Part shown: piece after piece, positions 43,133-54,200 of the stretch
Layout of the letters: each line of letters opens with the position of its first letter
Position numbering within the stretch: the stretch's first letter is position 1
Origin: a virus
Taxonomy: Duplodnaviria > Caudoviricetes
IMG/VR virus record: IMGVR_UViG_3300028025_002058
Coordinates: 1,466 to 65,465 of that record
DNA length: 64,000 bases
Strand: one strand, 5' to 3'
Notes under the pieces: model-generated
The model's input: only the letters and a program-made list of their open reading frames with translations
What the model was told of the DNA's origin: nothing
Database searches by the model: none
Position numbers and translations under genes: made by a program

Positions 43133-46084
43133 CTAGTATGTAATGAAAATGTCGCCGACATGCCCTGTTGTTGTAGCAGGGGTAGAGTTTGTTTGTTTAA
43201 TATAAATATTTCTTACATATGCACCAGCTGTTCCGCCTGGATATAGAAGTGGTGCACCTTTTCTTAATCTCAAAGTTCCATCAATTGATATCCATGGAAC
43301 ACGAGTTGACAATGATGTTGATTGAACATTTGAAGATGAAGATTTTGCGGGATCTCCTAAATAAAGCCCCTCTGTAAAATACATTGCGGATTTTGTAGAA
43401 TCAAACATTGCTGACTGAGTTCCACCAGATAAAATTTCTGTATAACTGGATCCCTCTATTCTCATAATGCTATTAGAAGAAATTTTACCGTTTTGTAATG
43501 TTAATTCTGGGGTAAAAGTCGCAGCTCCAACATAAGATGTGGATGTATCCTGATTAGTATCATTACTTTCAGAAAGCGAGGAATCGCTAGCTGTTGGCAA
43601 GCCTGTGGATGTAATTGCAGCAGTTACTGTAACTGACGCTCCAGTAATAGAGCCTCCAGTAATTGAAGGTGCAGATAATGAAATTCCTGAAGATAATGTT
43701 CCTAAGAAGAAAGCGTTTCCGCTTGAGTCGATTCTAAACTGCTTTGCTGTAAGAGTTCCGTTATCTAAATTAATAGCCATACCAGCCGTAGAATAATTAG
43801 ATCCATCAGATGGTCCAGATTGTGCAGCATTTCTAATAATGCCTGTTGTTATTACTCCACCACTAATGCTTGTTACATTTGTGTTAACTTGTCCTGCTGT
43901 AATAAATCCAGAAACATCTGGAATAGAGCTTGATGAAGCATATCCAGTAATCAATGCAGACTTCATAACTACAGTTCCGTCTGCTTTTACATAAAAATTA
44001 GCATCTGTACTTCTAGATCCTCCTGCCCAAAAAACAATATCGCTTGCGGAGTTTGTATCTGGTGTCGCAATTCCTGCAGTATATGATGTACTTGAAGCCG
44101 TAATTTGTGCAGTAGATGAATTAAGGGTAATTGTTCCGCTATTTGAAGTTTTTGATATTGCGCTAGAAGCAACATTCCATCCGCCGATATTTGCACTAGT
44201 TGTTGTAAACAAACCAGATGTTGCATCAATTGTGGTTATACCAGATACCGTTGCTGAACTAAATGTTAGTCCAGAAGAATTTAATATATATCCAGCTCCA
44301 GATAAAGATCCGCCTGTATCTCCAGTAGTTGTAACTGTGTTACCAGTTAGAGTTCCACTATATAAAGAAGCACCACTTGCAATACTTACGTTTCCGCTAA
44401 ATGATCCTTTTTTAGCTCTTAGGTCTCCATCTATAACAAAGGACGCACCGTTCCACTCAATGTAATTTGTTGTTGCTCCGCCGACTTTTAATGATGCAGA
44501 TTGATTAGAATCTATATACCAATAGTTATTTGGATTAAATACAAGTCCTCTTTTGCCTGTATCTACTCCGTATCCAAATTTAAATGCTGTGCTATCTAAA
44601 TCTGTAGGATTTGCCTTTGCCTTAAAGTAGCCAGTAACATCCACTGTACTTGCAATATATGGTGTTCCACCTACAGTAACATTAGAACCAGCAACATAAT
44701 TAGAAGAGGTATTATTATACTCATCATATGTAGCAACTGCTATTTCATATACTAGCCCAGCTCCCAATCCTGTTAATCTATATGATGTTCCAGAACCAGG
44801 TGAATCTGCATAAGAATACACTGAAGAGGTTGTTGCCTTATATCTAATTCTGTATCCACGAATTCCGCCAGTTGTTACAGCAGGCCAAGATATATCTGCA
44901 TATCCGTTAAAGCCTACTGTTCCACTGCTATCTAATCCGCCTGAAGTTGTTACTGATCCAACATCTGGTGGACCTTCATTATCTACAACTACAGGACTAG
45001 TTGGTGTAACAGCAACCGCTGTGCCATACGCACCGAAACCTCCGATGTTGTCAGAAAACCTTGCACGTACCCATCTCTTGTTTGTATTTGGAACAATTAC
45101 AACTGCTGGGTTGCTTGATCCAGAAAATATTTTTGTAAAGCCAGTTGTTGGTGCAGTAAGGCTTGAAGATTCAATTTCTTCTATTTCTATCTTATCAAAT
45201 GTTGCATCTGACGGAGTTGTATAGGATACGCTATATCCATTACTTATTGCTGAGGCTATAATTGTTGCAGATGGCAATGTGTTCGCATATGCTGAAGAGC
45301 TAAATGGAACTGAAGATCCTTCGTTGCCATATATGTTTACTGTTTTAACTGATCCGCTAAAAGAAGTTTGAGGTACACCAAATGCTGCTCTATTTTGAGA
45401 TAAGCTTAATGTAAAAGATTGAGATGATGTTCCTGGCAATGGTGGCACATCAAATACCTTAGATGTTCCGCCGCCAGTTATTGTAACCTTGTAATAACTA
45501 AAATATTCTTCTGATGGATTATGATTAAATGAAACCTTAAAGTTTGTTCCTACCCAAGATCCAGAAGCAGATGTTGGTAAGGTTAGCGGTACAAGCTTTG
45601 GCGTTTCAAATTGCGATGTACTAAAATCTGACTCTGTTCCATCTAATGCAACAACTGTTAGCTTAACGCTATGAGCTACTGGAGGTACTGCAACCTTTAA
45701 TGTTCCAGCTGCTTTTAATGAGCCAACAAGTCTATAGGGTGATCCAATAAGCGTTTCATCTTTTACATAAACATTAATTCTATCAAATGCTTTGCCGTAT
45801 GGTTGACCGTTTGCGTCTAAGCCATTCCATGTAATATTTAAAATTCCATTGAAGTAAGTAAGATCTGTATTTAAAAATTTTGGTGCAGTAAGGGTAGGTA
45901 AATCTACGGTTGTAAGTGTATAGCCATCCGACCACGGACTTAGTTCGCCATCAGAATAGACCCATTGGAATTGAAAAGAATATTTAGTATCTATCTTTAA
46001 ATTGGGAACAGGAACTGTAAAATAATCTTGATCTGTTAATTGATTATTTTTAGCTAAGTCTGAAGGAAAGTATTTTTCGGCCAC
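43133..46084 (-). CDS. minor tail protein with FN3 repeats
   Basis: ISW......GYRIRY...LTGL..G..YEIAV..YD...N.S; IGGW beta-rich region. Confidence 0.75.
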   Translation of the reverse strand: MAEKYFPSDLAKNNQLTDQDYFTVPVPNLKIDTKYSFQFQWVYSDGELSPWSDGYTLTTVDLPTLTAPKFLNTDLTYFNGILNITWNGLDANGQPYGKAFDRINVYVKDETLIGSPYRLVGSLKAAGTLKVAVPPVAHSVKLTVVALDGTESDFSTSQFETPKLVPLTLPTSASGSWVGTNFKVSFNHNPSEEYFSYYKVTITGGGTSKVFDVPPLPGTSSQSFTLSLSQNRAAFGVPQTSFSGSVKTVNIYGNEGSSVPFSSSAYANTLPSATIIASAISNGYSVSYTTPSDATFDKIEIEEIESSSLTAPTTGFTKIFSGSSNPAVVIVPNTNKRWVRARFSDNIGGFGAYGTAVAVTPTSPVVVDNEGPPDVGSVTTSGGLDSSGTVGFNGYADISWPAVTTGGIRGYRIRYKATTSSVYSYADSPGSGTSYRLTGLGAGLVYEIAVATYDEYNNTSSNYVAGSNVTVGGTPYIASTVDVTGYFKAKANPTDLDSTAFKFGYGVDTGKRGLVFNPNNYWYIDSNQSASLKVGGATTNYIEWNGASFVIDGDLRAKKGSFSGNVSIASGASLYSGTLTGNTVTTTGDTGGSLSGAGYILNSSGLTFSSATVSGITTIDATSGLFTTTSANIGGWNVASSAISKTSNSGTITLNSSTAQITASSTSYTAGIATPDTNSASDIVFWAGGSRSTDANFYVKADGTVVMKSALITGYASSSSIPDVSGFITAGQVNTNVTSISGGVITTGIIRNAAQSGPSDGSNYSTAGMAINLDNGTLTAKQFRIDSSGNAFFLGTLSSGISLSAPSITGGSITGASVTVTAAITSTGLPTASDSSLSESNDTNQDTSTSYVGAATFTPELTLQNGKISSNSIMRIEGSSYTEILSGGTQSAMFDSTKSAMYFTEGLYLGDPAKSSSSNVQSTSLSTRVPWISIDGTLRLRKGAPLLYPGGTAGAYVRNIYIKQTNSTPATTTGHVGDIFITY

Positions 46085-47011
46085 TTAGAACTCCAGAAGC
46101 ATTTTGTATTCTATGTCTACAGGTCTTCCTGGCTTTTTAATTAGAGGGGTAGACAATACATATCTGCTAATAATTCCATATGATGGATCAAATGTGTCTT
46201 CGTCGTTAATTCTGATTCCATCGAAATAAACTGATGTGCTACCTCCAGTAGCTGTTACCTCAACTCCAATTTTTATAATTGAAGATGGATCTGGTAAATT
46301 TGGAGATGCGGTATAGTTTGCAAATAGGTTACTCAGAGATAGGCTCTGTACCTTATCGCCTGTTCCAGATAATGGGGTAAAATCAATATAGTAATATGCT
46401 GAAGATGAACTATAAAACTTTAGTCTAATCTTAGAAAGATTATTGTCTGCCTTCTTATATGCAATTGCTATACTGTCATTTACGCTATATCCAGACAGGT
46501 CATAGGATACTAATGAGTTAATATATTCTTTAGGGAAACCAGATGTGGCATCAATTCTAACCATACTGTCACCAATTTTTGACAAGAATGTGTATTCTCC
46601 AAGTGCGTCTACTGTATTGCTTTGAGATACTGGATTAGACGATCCGTCAAACCAGTTAAAATTATTTGAAAAAGATGAAACAAATGCGCTGTCGAAATTA
46701 TTAAAAGATGTTCTGCCACTTGGATATAATCCCATTTCAGAAATTACCCCAGATATATCTTGTGGGATTGTTGATTTATAAACAATGTTATAAGCAAATA
46801 CTGGGTCTCCGTCTATATCTACACCAGTTTGAATAACATCAAATCCTGATAACTCTACTGGCATTCTGTAGAACTCAAACTCTAGTCTAGTATCATTACC
46901 TTTAGGGTCTGCCGCCGTTGATCCTATTCCTAAAGCTATCTCTTTGCCCACAAATGCGTTATTGCCAGATAGGTAGCTTGTTAAAAATCTTTTACCAAAT
47001 TTAGTTATCAT
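46085..47011 (-). CDS. tail/baseplate protein
   Basis: IT..G......IALG.G......DT.L..E..R motif typical of tail collar/baseplate proteins. Confidence 0.65.
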   Translation of the reverse strand: MITKFGKRFLTSYLSGNNAFVGKEIALGIGSTAADPKGNDTRLEFEFYRMPVELSGFDVIQTGVDIDGDPVFAYNIVYKSTIPQDISGVISEMGLYPSGRTSFNNFDSAFVSSFSNNFNWFDGSSNPVSQSNTVDALGEYTFLSKIGDSMVRIDATSGFPKEYINSLVSYDLSGYSVNDSIAIAYKKADNNLSKIRLKFYSSSSAYYYIDFTPLSGTGDKVQSLSLSNLFANYTASPNLPDPSSIIKIGVEVTATGGSTSVYFDGIRINDEDTFDPSYGIISRYVLSTPLIKKPGRPVDIEYKMLLEF

Positions 47012-47412
47012 TTTCTCTCAACCTTTACATTTATTGCTTTTAGCGCTTCTCCACTGCTATTTCTAACTTTAAAAACTACTTTTGCTGTAGGGTTATTTGC
47101 TGCATCATAAACAATTTCATTAGAAACAACTTGTATATCAGAAAGACTAGGCTTTAAGTTATTGCCTTCCTCTGGCCCGTCTGGCCCGTCTGGACCCTCT
47201 GGACCATCATCTGGATCCTCTTCTGGATCTTCTTCTCCATTATTTAGGTCATCAGATGATTGCTGACCAACTAATCTTGCGGCTGCAACGTTTGGGGTTA
47301 GATAGGCTAAATAGTTTGAATTCGCTACAACATCAAGCTCTGAGCCTACAACAGTAACTAATGGAGCTGTGGTTGGCTGAGCACTCGAAGAGGTCTTTGA
47401 TTTTTTAACCAT
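47008..47412 (-). CDS. tail-module hypothetical protein
   Basis: Acidic linker with GPE/GPD repeats; leaderless promoter. Confidence 0.65.
   Translation of the reverse strand: MVKKSKTSSSAQPTTAPLVTVVGSELDVVANSNYLAYLTPNVAAARLVGQQSSDDLNNGEEDPEEDPDDGPEGPDGPDGPEEGNNLKPSLSDIQVVSNEIVYDAANNPTAKVVFKVRNSSGEALKAINVKVERK
47171..47206. repeat. four in-frame 9-bp tandem repeats
   Basis: tctggcccg tctggcccg tctggaccc tctggacca. Confidence 0.8.
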
Positions 47413-47431
47413 TTTTTTATTATACCATTTA

Positions 47432-50400
47432 TTAACTATAAATAGATCTAGTAGTTATCTTGGTCTTTAGCCCTTCCTCGAAACTATTGTTTATACTGGA
47501 TACTATAAATTTTTGTGTTCCATCTAGGCCATTAGAAGGATAGTTAATTGTAACAAGATCTCCTACAGAAATCAAGGGGTTTGAGAATATTTCTAATTCG
47601 CATACTGACTGTTTTTTAGACCATTGGTTCTTAATCCAATCAGATAAATTTTTTGCGTCCTCTTCTCTTTGAATCCAGGTGGACTCAAACGTGGCCTGCT
47701 CTGGGCTAGTGAACTCATTTATTGTTTTATCCAAGTATTCATTTTGACCAGACTGCACAATCGTATTTCCAATAATACTGAATGAGGCAAATTGAGAATC
47801 ATCTAGCGGGACAAATGTTCCTGCGTTATTTACCACATATACCTCTGCTCCAAATGAAGTTAGTCTGGAGCCAAGAACTTCTACATACTGGCTTAGGCCA
47901 ACGCTTGGGAATACAGGGAAAGCTGGTCTTGAGTCGTATTTAACATTAATCTTTTTTAACTCTCTTGCAACAGTTCCAAATTCATCGACTGCTCCTCCAG
48001 GTACTCCACCACTGTCAAAGCTGCTTGTTAGTTTATCTCCGTAAAGGAATTTTAAAGCAGTGCTTCCAAATCTTCCGTAGTACTGGTCTTGTAAGATACC
48101 TTGCTCGTATTGAGTTTGATTTAATGGAACTGCATATACATAATCAAAGAACGTGGATCCTACGTTTGAGTAGATTGCTAAATTTGAAGTACGTGCAAGA
48201 ATGTCGTTTGAATCAGCAGCAGTTATCTTAAAGTTATTTATAAAAACATCTATCACTACTACTTGATTTGTTGAATCATATTTTACTCTAACATCTACTT
48301 TATAAGAAGTTGAGCCAGTAAGAAATGCAAGTGTCTTTGCTTTGTCTTGTTGAGAATCTGTAAGAGAAGTCTTAATTCCATTTTTAACTTTAAATATACC
48401 CAGTGCCTTGTCAGACCCACTGTCTGCCAGATTAGAAGTAGTCTCCATAGAAATATAATAGCCATCCATACCATTAGGACTTGTAAAAAATCCAATTCCA
48501 CCAGAAGCGTTAACATTCTTTACAGTGCTCTTGAAGAACATTCCTGTTCCAAATGTATAGTACTCTGAAGATTCTGATATATTCATATCTTTTACAGCCA
48601 CCGCATTTAAAGCTTTATTAGTGCTGTCAGATGTTATTTGAAATAAAGACTTCTGGATTTGCTTAACTGGAGAAGTTATATCTGTTTCAGCAGGAGTTGA
48701 ATTTAAAGATGGAGGTGTAGCAACAGACCATGTAACATTTGATGGTACGCTACTGGCAACAGTAGTGTCTGATGTATTATTAGTTTTAAAAGTGTTATTG
48801 TATCCGTTCCAGCCAATTGCTGCAACTGAACCTGAAGCTGTGTGGAAAGCTGGTGTCGTGCCAAATGCTCCTCTGGCTTTAATTCTTATTCTTCCAGTTT
48901 GTCCTATAGCTTTATTGGCTGGCAGAGTCAGGGATATGTTATTTGCAATCTTTTGAAGGTCGCTCTGTTGTTCTATGTCTACTTTAGATACAGTGCCTAA
49001 CTTATTAACGTATTGATACTCTACTGCGTCATATTCAATAATCTCAGAATCAATTACTAGGTATCCAGAATAGCTATATATGATTTGCTTGGTTTCTTGA
49101 TTTACTGTTATTGGAGATAGGCTAATATATGAACCAGCGCCAGCATCATTTAAAAGCGTTGTGTTAAGAGAAAATGCTCCTAGATAAGAAGATCCAGATT
49201 TCCATAATGGCTGACCACTTCCGAGAAGCTCGCTTGCAGTTACTGGATTCCATAAAATCTTTACTTGATTAATTGCTGGAAGATCCCTTTTCTGTAGAGA
49301 CATAATGTTTGGCAATATGTTTCCGTCTTTTGAATATTTAAAATTCCAGTGTGGTGTTGTTTGCGAAAACAAATAGTCTCGTGTGTAGAATTGCAGTACG
49401 TTGTTCTCATCAAATGTGGCTACCATCTGAGAGTCTCTACATATTTCTTGAATAGCATTCCATACTGTTTCATTGTCATCTGTCCACCAGTAAATAGGAC
49501 TTAAGATTGATTTATCTGTGATGGTTACAACGCCATTTAGCTCAGTCTTTTTATAATTTATATTATAGTTAGTAAATCCAACGTTATCCAAAAGCTTTCT
49601 GATAATAGCTATTGCTGAACTATCTTTAGATACCATTCCAGGAACAATTATGTCCTGTAGTGATTTTGCTCCATCTAGGGCATCTACTGTTATGTTTCCG
49701 AATTCTGAAGTGGTCCATGAGTCCGCATAAAATGTACCTTGCTTTACCTTTTCATACTGACCTTGTGAATCTGTAAGAGGTGCTCCTGAGTAATACACTT
49801 TAATGTATGGCTTTAGCTCTGCACTCTTATAAAGATAAATATTTGATGCACTAAATGCTGTTCCCTTTTCGTATGAAATAATTTTTCTAGGAGATTCGTA
49901 CGATACCAAGTCTAATGACATTGAGTTTGCTGAAACTTTTCCTACTGGCAAAATGTCGTCTGGGCTGCTAGATGATTCCTGGGATGTAGAAAAATTTGAT
50001 ATGTGTGGGGTTAGATCTGCCACCCATCTTGGAGATAATTCAATTACTCCTATGTTAGATCCGCTAACTTCAGGAGCCGTTCTAATAGGGGTACTAACAC
50101 CTGATGTTACTAGCTTTAATGATGTTATAGATACTGGTGTTGATATAGTGGCAGGCTCTGTTGTCACCCATGCCGTTCCATTATAATAAAGAGTCAATGT
50201 TCCAGCATCGTAATTCTTTGTTCCGCTAGTTGTAAAAGGCTTTATGGCAGAACTTGTTCCTGTTGCAAGTACTGCGTCTCCTTCTTTATAAACAGTCCAT
50301 GTTGGAGGAATAGCATGAGATATTTCAAATCTAACAATGATCTTGTTGGTCAAGACTGCTTGTGGGTATGTGATTTCTATATTTGCCCCAGTGCCTCTTT

Positions 50401-50740
50401 CAGATAACCAATACTTATAATATGTATCAATGCCAGGATAGTAGGTTCTATAATTTAATGTGTAATCTATATTCTTTGGATCTTTCCAGCTATTTAAATC
50501 TACATCACCAACAATTCCATATCTTACTCCCGCCCCTACTGGTCTAAATGCTTTTACAACTGAAGATGCTGGGAAAAGTTTTTTATAAGGTTTAGATCCA
50601 TCTGTTCTAGTATACTCAGATCCAGTTACAGAAATATTATCAATCATAGAATTCATATTATATTCAATAGTACAACCAATATTAGATTTAATGGTTGTAT
50701 TTTGCTCTATAATTGTTTTAACTGCTGGTGCCTGAATCAT
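47432..50740 (-). CDS. tail tip/hub protein
   Basis: 1102 aa after the distal tail gene; W.AIQEI......FDE..VLQF and NP...GD.V.I motifs. Confidence 0.75.
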   Translation of the reverse strand: MIQAPAVKTIIEQNTTIKSNIGCTIEYNMNSMIDNISVTGSEYTRTDGSKPYKKLFPASSVVKAFRPVGAGVRYGIVGDVDLNSWKDPKNIDYTLNYRTYYPGIDTYYKYWLSERGTGANIEITYPQAVLTNKIIVRFEISHAIPPTWTVYKEGDAVLATGTSSAIKPFTTSGTKNYDAGTLTLYYNGTAWVTTEPATISTPVSITSLKLVTSGVSTPIRTAPEVSGSNIGVIELSPRWVADLTPHISNFSTSQESSSSPDDILPVGKVSANSMSLDLVSYESPRKIISYEKGTAFSASNIYLYKSAELKPYIKVYYSGAPLTDSQGQYEKVKQGTFYADSWTTSEFGNITVDALDGAKSLQDIIVPGMVSKDSSAIAIIRKLLDNVGFTNYNINYKKTELNGVVTITDKSILSPIYWWTDDNETVWNAIQEICRDSQMVATFDENNVLQFYTRDYLFSQTTPHWNFKYSKDGNILPNIMSLQKRDLPAINQVKILWNPVTASELLGSGQPLWKSGSSYLGAFSLNTTLLNDAGAGSYISLSPITVNQETKQIIYSYSGYLVIDSEIIEYDAVEYQYVNKLGTVSKVDIEQQSDLQKIANNISLTLPANKAIGQTGRIRIKARGAFGTTPAFHTASGSVAAIGWNGYNNTFKTNNTSDTTVASSVPSNVTWSVATPPSLNSTPAETDITSPVKQIQKSLFQITSDSTNKALNAVAVKDMNISESSEYYTFGTGMFFKSTVKNVNASGGIGFFTSPNGMDGYYISMETTSNLADSGSDKALGIFKVKNGIKTSLTDSQQDKAKTLAFLTGSTSYKVDVRVKYDSTNQVVVIDVFINNFKITAADSNDILARTSNLAIYSNVGSTFFDYVYAVPLNQTQYEQGILQDQYYGRFGSTALKFLYGDKLTSSFDSGGVPGGAVDEFGTVARELKKINVKYDSRPAFPVFPSVGLSQYVEVLGSRLTSFGAEVYVVNNAGTFVPLDDSQFASFSIIGNTIVQSGQNEYLDKTINEFTSPEQATFESTWIQREEDAKNLSDWIKNQWSKKQSVCELEIFSNPLISVGDLVTINYPSNGLDGTQKFIVSSINNSFEEGLKTKITTRSIYS

Positions 50741-51210
50741 TAGACTTCTTCCAACTCAATAGATACATTCCAGTGTGGTTGTAAGCCACGCTTTACAACT
50801 GAAAAATTACAGCCTCCAAATACCACAGTATACGGCTCAAATCCAGACGATGACTGGTCTGCCCCATTTGATGCTAAGTTAATCTTAATATTAAATTCCT
50901 TTTTACCATCTTCGCTTAGATAAAATTGTCTTAGGTCTTCCGCTCCCCATGCCCCGTCAACAGTTAATGTTCTATATGAAGGAAGCATAGACCAAGACAT
51001 TGAGAATCTTCTTTTATCTGCTATGTGATTTTTTCTAAGAGTTCCATTAGATGTTCTAATAGACTGTTCAATTCTTTCTATTGATACAGACAAATCTGAC
51101 CTGTTATGCTCAGTTACTTTATTCCATATTTTAGTTGTGCCTGCAGGAGTAGCAAGAATATCTTTTGCTTCTATGCTTAGAACTGATCCTCTAGGTAAAT
51201 ACATACTCAT
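50740..51210 (-). CDS. distal tail protein
   Basis: Directly after tape measure; RT.NGTLR..H...K..F..SW...LEEV. Confidence 0.7.
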   Translation of the reverse strand: MSMYLPRGSVLSIEAKDILATPAGTTKIWNKVTEHNRSDLSVSIERIEQSIRTSNGTLRKNHIADKRRFSMSWSMLPSYRTLTVDGAWGAEDLRQFYLSEDGKKEFNIKINLASNGADQSSSGFEPYTVVFGGCNFSVVKRGLQPHWNVSIELEEV

Positions 51211-54200
51211 TATACACTTCCTCCGATACGTCTGTCAATGCCTTCTCTTGCGTTAACTAAGGCTAGTTCTCTCTTGAAACTACGCAATACGTCATCGGCA
51301 GTCACATTTGTTCCATTCAATGCAATATCTATATTATATACGTTATTACTGCTTGGACTATTTGATATATTAACACCGCTATAGTTAGTTCCTCCAGGCA
51401 TATTAAACTTTGGCATTGTAGCCGCATTTGGATAAATTGTGCCAGAAACATTAGGAATAAATCCTTCTCCTTGGGTTCCCAATGCGTTAACTCTATCGTT
51501 TACAATATATTGTTTGCCAGCGACAACTGCTCCTCCAAGAGCTTTCTTTTCATAAGGATTCTTTACTCTTGTAATATTTCCGTCATCGTCTTTTACTTTA
51601 AATATCGAAACAAGACCCTTGTCGTCTTCTGCTGAGAAATAATCACCCATAACTAAGCCCTGTTTGTAAGCAAAATTCTTGAGCTTTTGACCTATACCAA
51701 ATTCGCCAAAATCTTTTAGTGGGTTTCCATAGCTTGAAAGACTTGCTCCTTGTATATCTCCCTTGGTGCCAGTACCCTGTGATCCCAGTGTAAACGGATC
51801 TTTGAGCGTTCCAGAACCACCCATGCTTCCATCTCTAACTTTGCCAGTTAAAATATTAACTTGTTGTGCTAAGATTTGATTTTTAGAAAGAGCTTTACCA
51901 ATTTGATCTAGTACTTCTTGAGGAGTTGTTTTAATTCCAAGAGAGTCGCCCATCTTTGTTAGGGCAGCCATTGTGTTTTTAAACTCATCTGTTAACTTAA
52001 ACTTATCTCCTTCCACTTGAAGTTTTGTCATTAAGTTATTTAAGTTTGTTGTGTACTCTGTTAATCCGCTATTAAAAGTATCAGCTTTAGTGCGAAGAGA
52101 AGATAGGCTTTCACCAGCAAGGCTTGCCTTGTCTGCAGCATTTTGATTCTTTTTAGCAAGGGCGTCTAACTGATCCTGTAGAGGTTTGATATCAAGTTCT
52201 GCCTTGGCTATGATTGCTTCTTCAGCAGATTTACGATTAGCATCATTTAGAAGTTGCTCAATTGTCATCTGCTCTTCTGCGTAGCCAGTCAGATTTCCTT
52301 GAGCTAACAGTTGCTGTGCTCTTAGTTGAGCCTTTTGAATTTCTAGCTGAGTATTCTCTGCTTCTGTTGCTCTACGAATACCATCAATTTTATCTTGTGC
52401 TGCTTTTCTAATTGCAGCAATTTGCTTATTTAATCCTTCAATTACTTTTCTAGAATCAATTTGGGCTTTTGCAGACTGACCTCTTTGAGCTTTTTCAAGA
52501 CGCTTAATCTCATCTGTCATTCCCTTATATTTACTATTTGCAGCTGCTATAGAAGGATTAAGTTGAACTTGAGCCTTTACTATTTCATTTAATCTATTTG
52601 CAGCAATTGCTGCTTCTCCGCTCATGAATTGGAAGTTCATTGAAACTCCGCTAAGAGTTAGTCTATACTTTGCCCATGCGCTATTTAGGGTGTCTGTTTT
52701 ATTTAGCATTCCAGCTAATAATGGATCTGTCTTGCCTATCTCTGCTATAACGTCCTTTGATAGACCAGCTTGCTTTCCAAATAAAACATTTATCTGGTCA
52801 AGCTTACTCTTTACAGCCGCCGCTTGTTGTTCTGCACTAGCTTTTCCTGACTCACCTAATTGCTTTTGCTTTGAAATTGTTTCTTCTAGGGTAGCATCCA
52901 TTGCCATAAATACACTATGTAATGCCCTTGCTTGAGACTCAGCATCTCCAGTTTTCATTGCAGCCTCAAATGTTTTTACTGTTTGAGCTGATGCCTGCTC
53001 CATGTTTTGAATACTTTGGAATGCATTAGAACTAATAGCTTGTGCTGCCATGTTAGCATTTTCAGATTGCTTAATCATTGTAAAGATTTTAGCCGTAGCA
53101 ATTTCTGCAGAATCTCCAGCCGCCATAAATTGTGCCTTTAGCTGAACAGCAACCTGACCAACATCTTTTCTGTCTGTTTGGTCAAACAATTCTACGTAGC
53201 TTGACATAGTTGTCTTTACTTGTTCTTTAAGCTTCTTATATTCTTCAATTGTCATCTTGATAGGAATGTTTGCTTTTGTCATGCTCTCATAAACCATAAG
53301 ATTTTTTTCTTTAAGAGCCTGAGCATTTTCAATTGCTTGCTTTATCTTAGCGTTATAATCAGTATATTTAAATCCTGCTTTAGATGCTGCTTCTGCATCC
53401 ATTCCAAACGCTTGTCTACCAATCTCTAGCTGCTTGGCTTTTTCTTTTTGCATCTTAACAAAGATAGAAACTCCTGCAGTTAATGCAGTAAGTGCTACTC
53501 CTAATGGAGATGCAAATCTTAATACTCCAGCAAGGCCTTTTATAACTGGGCCAATTAATCTAGCAGCTCCAGATAGGCCTCCAGAAAAAGCTCTCATCTT
53601 TGTGGTAAGAGTATCTATCGGTCCAAATGTCTTTGTTGACTTAACTGCTATGTCTTGAAGTCCTTGAGGAAGTTTGCTCATAGCTCTTCCGCCCATACTT
53701 GGAGATCCGTCTGCTCCTCCGCCGCCCATGCCACCAAATGAATACATTGAGCCAAGTATTCCTGACCCCATTGATATTGCAGTTCCTAAACCACCACCAA
53801 TTTGAGAACCCAGCATCTGTCCACCAATTGCAATTCCAGTTCCGCCAATCATCTGCTTAACTAGACCGCCTCTGTTGTATCCTGGAACCATTCCTCCCAT
53901 ATTCATAAACAAAGATTCGTCTAGTGGTAGATGAGCATATGAAAGTTGCTCTCCTCCTCTAGTGCCAGCAGGCATTCCCTGTCTTAATGTTTCATAAGAA
54001 GTTCCTTGTTGAGAGAGTGGTCGTGTTTGTTCGTGCTCTATTTTAAATGGAGCTTGTCCAGGAAGCTCAACAATTATATTATTATTGCTACTTGGATCTA
54101 CCTTAAATGATCCTGAAGGATATTTTTCAGATAATGTTTTTATTAAATTATCTCTTCTTTGTGTAATGGTACCTGTTCCTGGGAACTGGAATCTCATTGT

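Noticed and set aside
40155-46084. Diversity-generating retroelement acting on tail fibres
   Set aside because: No reverse transcriptase in the window, and no template/variable repeat pair noticed by eye.
47171-47206. Collagen-like domain
   Set aside because: Only four Gly-Pro-X triplets in an acidic linker; too short for a triple helix.
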